Origin: Candidatus Enterousia sp.
Lineage (GTDB): Bacteria; Pseudomonadota; Alphaproteobacteria; Rs-D84
Direction: 5' to 3'
Assembly: GCA_045587125.1 (NCBI GenBank)
Contig: JAZNBN010000016.1
Location: forward strand, 32,728 to 96,727
Length of the DNA stretch: 64,000 bases
The position numbers and the translations under genes were made by a program. The notes under the pieces are model-generated. The model was not told the DNA's origin and did not search any database. It was given only the letters and a program-made list of their open reading frames with translations. Shown here piece by piece: positions 38,255 to 45,284 of the stretch (its first letter is position 1; each line of letters starts with the position of its first letter).

Positions 38255-38854
38255 ATGAAAAAAATTGTTTTTATATTATGTGGTGTATTAAGTCTGCCTG
38301 CATTTGCGTCTGAATATGATACGTATGCCGGATTTCGCATTCATAAAAATGAAAACTTGGCATTTAATTATGACATTTATGGTGGTGATGATATTAATAT
38401 TCGCAAAGATAATTTTGGCATTGGTGCGGTTGTCGGTAATAGATTAAGTGACAATGTAAAAATAGAATTTGAAACATCTTATACAGGTGCCCAGCAAAAC
38501 AGACATAACACAGACTTTGATTTTGATATATGGTCAAATATGTTCAATATGTATTTGTTCCAAGAATTTTCTGGTGCAATTGCCCCATATGCGGGTTTGG
38601 GTGTTGGTTTTGCGACCATTTGGTCTGATATAGATGCACCAAATTATCATATTTCAGACAGTTGTTTTGATTTATCGTATCAAATTATGTTTGGTGTAAA
38701 TTTTGCATTAAATGACCGTATTGATTTTAATCTGGGGTGTAAATATCAGTATTATGGTGATATAGAACATGAATCATATGGAAATGAAATTGCAACAACA
38801 AATGCATCTGGGACCGAGGTGTACTTTGGTGCCGTATATAAATTCGGAATGTAA
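38255..38854 (+). CDS. Small outer-membrane beta-barrel protein (OmpA/OmpW-like fold)
   Basis: Start ATG 38255 (AAAGGAAAA). Signal peptide MKKIVFILCGVLSLPAFA. Alternating beta-strand pattern. Ends ...EVYFGAVYKFGM. Confidence 0.65.
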   Translation: MKKIVFILCGVLSLPAFASEYDTYAGFRIHKNENLAFNYDIYGGDDINIRKDNFGIGAVVGNRLSDNVKIEFETSYTGAQQNRHNTDFDFDIWSNMFNMYLFQEFSGAIAPYAGLGVGFATIWSDIDAPNYHISDSCFDLSYQIMFGVNFALNDRIDFNLGCKYQYYGDIEHESYGNEIATTNASGTEVYFGAVYKFGM

Positions 38855-38856
38855 AT

Positions 38857-38884
38857 AAAAAACCCGCCAATTGGCGGTTTTTTT
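38857..38884. terminator. Bidirectional terminator
   Basis: AAAAAACCCGCC-AATT-GGCGGTTTTTTT. Nearly identical to 39557-39586. Confidence 0.75.
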
Positions 38885-39512
38885 ATTTTTTTAAATTTGA
38901 AATTTCTTTTGTTATATTATCACGTGCAATATATTCGTATTTATCACGGAAATATTTTATATTGAAAATATATTTGCGATTTAAAAATGTGTTCAATATT
39001 TTGATTCTTTCTTGGTAAAATATGGCATCTGAAAATTGTTTGTATTCTAATCTGATTTGATTGGTATATTTATTGTATTCCGTATTTGTTGAACCTAACG
39101 TATTTAAATCTAAATCTTGTATTAATTGTTGGTCAAAATCAGTTTTTACGCATTTTTCATAATCGGTTGCCTTAATTAATTTTTCTATATAATCAGAATT
39201 ATATTGCATAGATATTTTGTGTAAAAAATCCTTTGCTTTTTTTATACTGGCATCAATGTCATTTTTTGTTCCGTGAACATAATCATGCATTATTATTGCA
39301 AACTCAAATTCATTAAGTTTTTTTATTTTTGTTGCTTTGTTTGAATTTTGTATAAAATCATCTAAATTAGATAACATATTAGCAATATGTTTTATGTCAT
39401 GATAGTAGCGATTTGGTGAAGTATATGTTTTATAAATATCTTGTGCTATATATTTGCTGTCTTCCACGCAAAAACCTAAATTTATTAAAACGGATTTTAT
39501 TTTATGTATCAT
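38883..39512 (-). CDS. HD-domain metal-dependent phosphohydrolase-like protein
   Basis: YTSPNRYYHDIKHI ... AIIMHDYVH pattern (H...HD), typical of small HD-family proteins. 209 aa. Confidence 0.55.
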   Translation of the reverse strand: MIHKIKSVLINLGFCVEDSKYIAQDIYKTYTSPNRYYHDIKHIANMLSNLDDFIQNSNKATKIKKLNEFEFAIIMHDYVHGTKNDIDASIKKAKDFLHKISMQYNSDYIEKLIKATDYEKCVKTDFDQQLIQDLDLNTLGSTNTEYNKYTNQIRLEYKQFSDAIFYQERIKILNTFLNRKYIFNIKYFRDKYEYIARDNITKEISNLKK

Positions 39513-39556
39513 GTAATGATATTTTCATAAAAGCACAAATAAATCAATCTGATTAT

Positions 39557-39586
39557 AAAAAAAACCGCCAATTGGCGGTTTTTTTA
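39557..39586 (-). terminator. Rho-independent terminator after the IHF-like gene
   Basis: AAAAAAAACCGCC-AATT-GGCGGTTTTTTT. Confidence 0.75.
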
Positions 39587-39874
39587 TTTTTTGTTTGCCA
39601 CGCGTTCGCGGAATTCATTGCTAGGGCGGAAAGACGCAACGCGTCGTGCAGAAATGACTGCGGATGCACCCGTCTTTGGGTTGCGTCCCATACGTGCATT
39701 TTTTTCCAGAATTTTGAAAGTTCCAAAACCTGCGAATTTAACTTCTTCACCATGAATCAAAGATTCTGTTATTTCTTCAAAAATAATATCAACCAATTTA
39801 TAAGAATCTGCAGATGTTAAACCAAATCGTTCACGTAATCTGTCTGCAAAATCACTGCGTGTTATTGTTGCCAT
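39584..39874 (-). CDS. ihfA: Integration host factor alpha-like / HU-family DNA-binding protein
   Basis: 96 aa. GFGTFKILEKNARMGRNPKTGASAVISARRVASFRPS matches the IHF/HU arm motif. The ARRV..F.PS context favours IHF-alpha. Confidence 0.7.
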   Translation of the reverse strand: MATITRSDFADRLRERFGLTSADSYKLVDIIFEEITESLIHGEEVKFAGFGTFKILEKNARMGRNPKTGASAVISARRVASFRPSNEFRERVANKK

Positions 39875-39910
39875 GTTTTTTCTTCCTATGCTTTCTTATT
39901 AACCCTGCAT

Positions 39911-39939
39911 ATTATACAGACAGTAAACAAAACTTGCAA
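39911..39939 (-). promoter_or_regulatory. Candidate promoter of the IHF-like gene
   Basis: Minus strand reads TTGCAA-N17-TATAAT. Confidence 0.5.
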
Positions 39940-39953
39940 TACTTAAATAAAAT

Positions 39954-39983
39954 AAAAAAAACGGGGATTTTATCCCGTTTTTT
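39954..39983 (-). terminator. Rho-independent terminator after the 655-aa gene
   Basis: ACGGGG-ATTTTA-TCCCGT flanked by A8 and T6. Confidence 0.65.
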
Positions 39984-41949
39984 ACATTTGGTTTAAAAAA
40001 TCTTGACGCAATACTTCAATTTCTAATTTAAATTGATTTAATTTCTTTAAAGCACGTTCAAATTTTTGCTTTTGTTCCAATACGTTACGCAGTTCCGCTG
40101 TGTGTTCCAAAGATTTTTCTGTTTCTGTTTCTGCGGTCAGTAATTTAACAATGTCGCAATATGAACGATTTAATTCATTTAATTTTACGGTCAATGTTGC
40201 ATGTAAAGAATCTACGTCTTTCCATTCAAACGGGGTGCTTTCTGGTTCTGATACATTGTCTGGTTCTGTCATAGATTCAATTATACAGTCCGATATACTT
40301 GTAACTATGTCTGATGCAATGGCATCAGCAATTTTTCTGTATTCATATTTTTCTGAACGCAGTAATTCTTTGGCTGTGTCCAGTAATTCTATTTGAATGT
40401 TATATTTTTCAACCCTGATGTTAGATAAATCCAATGGTTTTTGTTCAATAGTAAATCTGTGGCGTACGCGTTTATTTACCGGTGTTTCAACAGTTTTTGT
40501 TTCTTGAACTTTTGCGGGTTCTGCGATTTTTTGTGTTGTTGGAACTTCTGTGTTCGGTAAAGATTTTTTCACATTTGGCACAACGGGTATTGTTGTTTCT
40601 TTTGGTTGAACTTTTGCCACGGTTTCTTTTTGTTTTTTCAAAGCCTTTTCCACAGACGTAATCAGTTTACTGACCAATATTGTATCCTGTGTGTTTATAC
40701 CAGATAAATTATCAATACAAATTGCGTGGAAATATTCTTGGCTAAGTTCATGATCTGCAAAATATTCAGACGCAATGAATGTATCGCCTTTCATATACCA
40801 TATTGTACGTGGTCTTTCGTCTGTTTTATCATAACGTTGTGTTAAACATTTTGAATTTTTCAGAAACACATTGATAGATTTTCTGGTTGTTCCGTCTTGA
40901 ATATAGCAAACAGAATCCCCCTGGGTGGAAATGGGTTGAATATTAATTTGTTCTATATCACGCAGAAAACATAATTGTTTTGCATAATTTGTTTTACCAC
41001 AGTGCTTTTTTATTAAATCCCAAATGTTTTTCTTGATATATTTTTTAATAACAACATGCTGAACTTCTTTTGTACCGACATACAGTTTTGGTTGTTCAAC
41101 AGTTTGCTTCGGTTGTTTTTTTGACTCTTTTTTTACTTTTTCTGTTTGTTGTTTGTTTGCTCTGTCATTGGCTTTTTCAATGATAAAGTTTATTATTTTT
41201 TGAACGTCGTTACTGTGAATACAATCAATTGCAATTCCATCATATGGGCGTAACATTTTTTGTACAGTTACGTCAATATAAGATGCCTTGGATTTAGCGG
41301 CTCTTATTTCACGTTTGATTTTATCTTCGGGTATTAAATTTGTGATTGCGGGGTTTTTAACGCATATTTCAAAAATTTCATCCATAGACAACCAATCGTC
41401 TGTTTTTGAAGACAATTGCGTTTTTTCTTTTGGTTCGGTTTTTTGTGCTTTTACCTTTTCTGTGACAATCGGTTTTTCTTTTTGTTGTATAATTTCAGAT
41501 AGATATAATTTTTTATCGTCTGTTACCTGTATGTCTGGATATAGTGCAATAAATTGTTTGGCGATTTCTACTTCGTTGTTTTGGTTTTTTATAACGGCGT
41601 TCAAAACAGATGGTCTGACTACAACTTTTGTAACAGTTTTTGGCAGTTTGTTTATTAATACAGACAAATTTCCGATGGAATACAGGCAAATTAATTCTGT
41701 AATACCATTTGGTAAAACAGTGTTTTCTGAAATAGTAAAATCAGAACAATCAAATACGCCTTTTATTATAACGTTGCTAAAATCAGGCAATGGGGCCTTT
41801 TTACCTTTGCCCATATTTACATCTGCATCAATATATAATGGATTTTCAGCACTAAAAATATCCCGTGGTAAATCCAACAGGTCCACATTCATCATATGGT
41901 GGATGTCATCTTGTTTTGTATATCCAATATATTGTGTTGTATTTTTCAT
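39982..41949 (-). CDS. Large orphan protein (655 aa), K/E-rich, no signal peptide
   Basis: ATG 41949 preceded by AAGGAAA. The N-terminal ~150 aa have an LRR-like flavour (VIIKGVFDCSDFTISENTVLPNGITELICLYSIGNLSVLINKLP). Central Lys-rich linkers and a C-terminal predicted coiled coil. No family recognised. Confidence 0.65.
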   Translation of the reverse strand: MKNTTQYIGYTKQDDIHHMMNVDLLDLPRDIFSAENPLYIDADVNMGKGKKAPLPDFSNVIIKGVFDCSDFTISENTVLPNGITELICLYSIGNLSVLINKLPKTVTKVVVRPSVLNAVIKNQNNEVEIAKQFIALYPDIQVTDDKKLYLSEIIQQKEKPIVTEKVKAQKTEPKEKTQLSSKTDDWLSMDEIFEICVKNPAITNLIPEDKIKREIRAAKSKASYIDVTVQKMLRPYDGIAIDCIHSNDVQKIINFIIEKANDRANKQQTEKVKKESKKQPKQTVEQPKLYVGTKEVQHVVIKKYIKKNIWDLIKKHCGKTNYAKQLCFLRDIEQINIQPISTQGDSVCYIQDGTTRKSINVFLKNSKCLTQRYDKTDERPRTIWYMKGDTFIASEYFADHELSQEYFHAICIDNLSGINTQDTILVSKLITSVEKALKKQKETVAKVQPKETTIPVVPNVKKSLPNTEVPTTQKIAEPAKVQETKTVETPVNKRVRHRFTIEQKPLDLSNIRVEKYNIQIELLDTAKELLRSEKYEYRKIADAIASDIVTSISDCIIESMTEPDNVSEPESTPFEWKDVDSLHATLTVKLNELNRSYCDIVKLLTAETETEKSLEHTAELRNVLEQKQKFERALKKLNQFKLEIEVLRQDFLNQM

Positions 41950-42063
41950 CGGTTTTTCCTTATATTTATTATATTATAGTATAAAAATAATATTTGTCAA
42001 CGAAGTATTGCGTATAAAAATATTGAATAAGTATCAGATTTGTTTTATCATCCTATGCGCTGT

Positions 42064-42139
42064 GTCCCCATAGTTCAACAGGATAGAACAAATTCCTCCT
42101 AAGAATTAGATGCAGGTTCAAGTCCTGCTGGGGATGCCA
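42064..42139 (+). tRNA. trnR: tRNA-Arg (anticodon CCT)
   Basis: Hand-folded cloverleaf. Acceptor GTCCCCA/TGGGGAT, D-stem GTTC/GAAC, anticodon stem AATTC/GAATT with loop CTCCTAA, T-arm GCAGG-TTCAAGT-CCTGC, encoded CCA. Confidence 0.88.
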
Positions 42140-42142
42140 GAT

Positions 42143-43078
42143 TTACTTTGATTTTTGTTTGGTCATCACAAATACAATATCTGTCTTTTGTGCGGTTTTG
42201 TCTTGTATGGCACTGGTAATAGGAATATGGGAAAAGTGGTGCACGTACCCATTGTCGGTGCTGATATTTGTTTTTCTTGGTCTTTTATTGTCTATGTCCC
42301 AAACATAATTCCAACATATTATACCGTCATCGTTCAGATTTTTTTGCCCCAGTGGTTTTAAAATATCGTTGTAAAACATGTTTGCTGATTGTTGTGTATC
42401 TGCAATATGTTGATATTGAAATCCGAATATATTGGACAACAATATCAAAGAATATTTTTTGCGTGTTTTCTTTCTAAGGTCTTTGATATCACATCTTATA
42501 AAATTAAAATTATCAGGTACCAGTTTCTGTAATTCTTCATATTTTTTTGGGTCTGAAACATAAGACGGTGTTAACAAAGGTTTTTTATTGTTTTTTAACC
42601 CTGAGATTCGAAACATTTGGTTGTATATATCGTGTTGGTAATACGTATCTAAATACACCTGTAACCCTTCGGAAAAATCGTCAAATATTGGTCGTATAAT
42701 GTCTTTGTTCAGGAAATTTTTTTTATCAAAGAAAAAAGTATAAAAATCTTGATATTCCAATTTTTGTATCATCTTGGTTTTTAATTCCAAGATATATTTT
42801 TGTAAATAATTTATATCAAAAACATCAACATGTTTTGCACCACGCAACAGACATTCAAAAGCATGGTCTCCGGACGAACATACACTTAAAATATTTTGAC
42901 CTTGTATATTCGGAATTTGATTTAAGTATCCGTTGATGTTTTCAGTGGTAAACAAATATGTCGGACCGTTCCAAGAAAAATGGTACGGTTGGTCTTTAAA
43001 GGTCATCAATGCAATATACGTTTTAAATTTATCTATCATGGTAACGTATGAACATATCATAATATACAGGTTTGTCAA
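42143..43078 (-). CDS. DUF3419/BtaA-like SAM-dependent transferase-fold protein
   Basis: NILSVCSSGDHAFECLLRGAKHVDVFDINYLQKYILELK resembles the ItSaGcNaLdyLl...V.aVDlNp.Q..LLELK signature I recall for DUF3419. The start is ambiguous: TTG 43078, ATG 43060 or ATG 43039. Confidence 0.45.
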   Translation of the reverse strand: MTNLYIMICSYVTMIDKFKTYIALMTFKDQPYHFSWNGPTYLFTTENINGYLNQIPNIQGQNILSVCSSGDHAFECLLRGAKHVDVFDINYLQKYILELKTKMIQKLEYQDFYTFFFDKKNFLNKDIIRPIFDDFSEGLQVYLDTYYQHDIYNQMFRISGLKNNKKPLLTPSYVSDPKKYEELQKLVPDNFNFIRCDIKDLRKKTRKKYSLILLSNIFGFQYQHIADTQQSANMFYNDILKPLGQKNLNDDGIICWNYVWDIDNKRPRKTNISTDNGYVHHFSHIPITSAIQDKTAQKTDIVFVMTKQKSK

Positions 43079-43159
43079 TAGGTGTTCTGACCTAAGATTT
43101 TATATTTTACAAACAGAAAAAAATATTTATAATCCCATTTTGTTTAAAAAGGTGTTTGT

Positions 43160-43489
43160 ATGAAGAATAAAGCAGTAAAATTGGGGCTGGTTGCGACTAT
43201 TGTTCCGCATATCTTTTGTTGTGGCATACCAATGTTGTTGGCGGTTGTTGGGTTGATTGCACCGGATATGGCGCACTTTCATTTATTGCCACATTGGCTG
43301 GAACCTTGGTTGTTTGTATTTTCTGGGGTTATGTTAGTTATATCTTGGTATTTAGTTTATCGTGAATGCAGATGTTCATGTTCGCATTGTGGTGGCCTGT
43401 CTTCGCATCGTGTACAAAAGATAGTCTTGGCGGTTATAACGATTGTTTTTATTATCAGTATATTTTTACATATTATTTCACATCATTAA
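43160..43489 (+). CDS. Small 3-TM membrane protein with MerT-like Cys arrangement
   Basis: TM1 carries a CC pair (PHIFCCGIPMLL). The loop between TM2 and TM3 has a Cys cluster (RECRCSCSHCGG). Topology mirrors MerT. No merP/merA/merR nearby. Confidence 0.35.
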   Translation: MKNKAVKLGLVATIVPHIFCCGIPMLLAVVGLIAPDMAHFHLLPHWLEPWLFVFSGVMLVISWYLVYRECRCSCSHCGGLSSHRVQKIVLAVITIVFIISIFLHIISHH

Positions 43490-43514
43490 AAAAATCCCAA
43501 AACGGGATTTTTTT
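43488..43514. terminator. Bidirectional terminator
   Basis: AAAAAATCCC-AAAAC-GGGATTTTTTT. Confidence 0.75.
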
Positions 43515-45102
43515 AAACAAATTTTTCTGGAATCAGATTGCAAATACATTTCCATAATCTGCGCAGTGCGCTGGTATCTGGTGCGTGTGTGTGAATTTGT
43601 GGTTGGATGTCGCCTGGTCTTTTTCCGGTCCAAACGGGATTTCCGTTTCCGTCCAATGTTACATGCCATGATGTTTGTGTGTCTTTTATAATCATATTAC
43701 GCAGTTTTTCTGCAAAATCCCGACTTTCAAAGATTGCGACATTTTCTGTGTTGTAATATGCACTGCGTGGGTCAAGGTTAAAACTGCCAATCCAAGATAT
43801 ATCATCATCAAACACCATTGTTTTGCTGTGCAACACGGAAAAACTGGATTGTTTACGTTCACGATCGTGTTCTTTGCCGCGCAGATTTTCCGCAGATACC
43901 ATAAATTCATAGACGTCGGCGCCTGATTCTATCAATTTTTTTCTGTATTTTTCCCACTTTGCATAAACGGTTGGTGCGTTTGTGGATGCCAATGAATTTG
44001 TTACAATAGTTATGTGTACGCCGGACTTTTCTTCTTGCAAGATATGTTCTAATCCGCCTTGGCCGGGTACAAAATACGCAGCAGACATATAAACAGAATC
44101 AGATGTTTTGTTCCAAAGGTGTTGCAATGCCTTGATAATATCGCCACGATATTGTTCTTTTTCATTCATTGTCATTTCAACTTTTTCAGGTGGGTCGGCC
44201 AAGAATTTTCCGCGTCCCCATGAAAAGTCTAATTTTTTATTTTTGTATTCTTGTTGTGCCATGTTTATGATGTTGTTATACATCAGAACATTTTCTGTTT
44301 TATTTTTGCCAATGTCTTTGAATGATTTTTCCAGTTTTTTAAGTGCTTTTTTAGATTTTGCCTTTGGGAAAACCTCGGCTGGTATTGATAAATGGTGGTT
44401 CCAATATTCGTTAAAGCTGTTTGTGGCAAATTTAGTCATGTCCCCGATAAACAACACGTCTGTGTCTGAAAAATTAGACGCTGTTTCTGGATAGAAATAA
44501 TTACTGCCTACATTTCGACCGCCTGTTATGTATGCGAAATTATCTACGATAAATAATTTGTTATGCATTCTGGAATTCAGTCTATTAAAATCCGTTAAAA
44601 ATTGTGGATAGTACAATATTTTTGTTCTGTTTGGTACCGTGTTAAATATTTTAACTTCTATATTTGGGTGTTGGTTTAATAATGTTACATCAACAATATC
44701 GGATTTGGTCCCGTAATCATCCAACAATATTCGTACCTTGACCCCACGATCTGCAGCATTTTTTAATTCTGCGATTAAAACCTTGGATGAAAAATCGTTA
44801 CTGTATATGTATGTTTGCAGGTCTATGGTTTTTGTTGCCATTCGTGCAAATGCAGATCTTATAACAAAAGCAGACAATCCGTCTTCAATAAGTGTTGCAC
44901 CAGACATATCTGGGTCTGAATTTAATTCTGTTTCGTAAATTTGTGCAATTGGTGTTTTGTATGGGTCGTATACAAAGTCGGTAGATGTAATTTTTGGTGT
45001 GTATTCACTAAGTCTGGGGTCGGATATAGTTGTTGGGACGGTTGTGCATCCCATCAATGGCAAAGAAAAAATCCAAAACGCAACTTTTTTTAATACAGCC
45101 AA
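43513..45102 (-). CDS. Phospholipase D / cardiolipin-synthase-family lipoprotein
   Basis: TTG start with AAGGTGA SD. Lipobox LPLMGC. Two HKD motifs (HNKLFIVDNFAYITGGRN and HSKTMVFDDDISWIGSFN). Confidence 0.8.
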   Translation of the reverse strand: MAVLKKVAFWIFSLPLMGCTTVPTTISDPRLSEYTPKITSTDFVYDPYKTPIAQIYETELNSDPDMSGATLIEDGLSAFVIRSAFARMATKTIDLQTYIYSNDFSSKVLIAELKNAADRGVKVRILLDDYGTKSDIVDVTLLNQHPNIEVKIFNTVPNRTKILYYPQFLTDFNRLNSRMHNKLFIVDNFAYITGGRNVGSNYFYPETASNFSDTDVLFIGDMTKFATNSFNEYWNHHLSIPAEVFPKAKSKKALKKLEKSFKDIGKNKTENVLMYNNIINMAQQEYKNKKLDFSWGRGKFLADPPEKVEMTMNEKEQYRGDIIKALQHLWNKTSDSVYMSAAYFVPGQGGLEHILQEEKSGVHITIVTNSLASTNAPTVYAKWEKYRKKLIESGADVYEFMVSAENLRGKEHDRERKQSSFSVLHSKTMVFDDDISWIGSFNLDPRSAYYNTENVAIFESRDFAEKLRNMIIKDTQTSWHVTLDGNGNPVWTGKRPGDIQPQIHTHAPDTSALRRLWKCICNLIPEKFV

Positions 45103-45228
45103 CTTTATTCACCTTTGTTTATTGTTGCCGATTATAATAAAAAGATATCATAGTATCAAGTAAAATTCATTATATTTTTTAATGATTTAGGAATAAATGT
45201 AAAATAATACATGGGGTGTACTTTTTCG

Positions 45229-45257
45229 TTTGCAACAAATTCAGATATATGATAAAA
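45229..45257 (+). promoter_or_regulatory. Candidate promoter of giant paralogue 2
   Basis: TTGCAA-N17-TAAAAT with a TG extension (TGATAAAAT). Confidence 0.5.
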
Positions 45258-45284
45258 TAATCATAATTGAAAGGGAGATTTCTA

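Noticed and set aside
41288-42073. 261-aa ORF antisense to the 655-aa orphan gene, running into tRNA-Arg
   Set aside because: It is Ser/Phe/Ile-rich shadow of a Lys/Glu-rich gene, it overlaps the tRNA gene, and it has no SD. The minus-strand ORF has a good SD and terminator.
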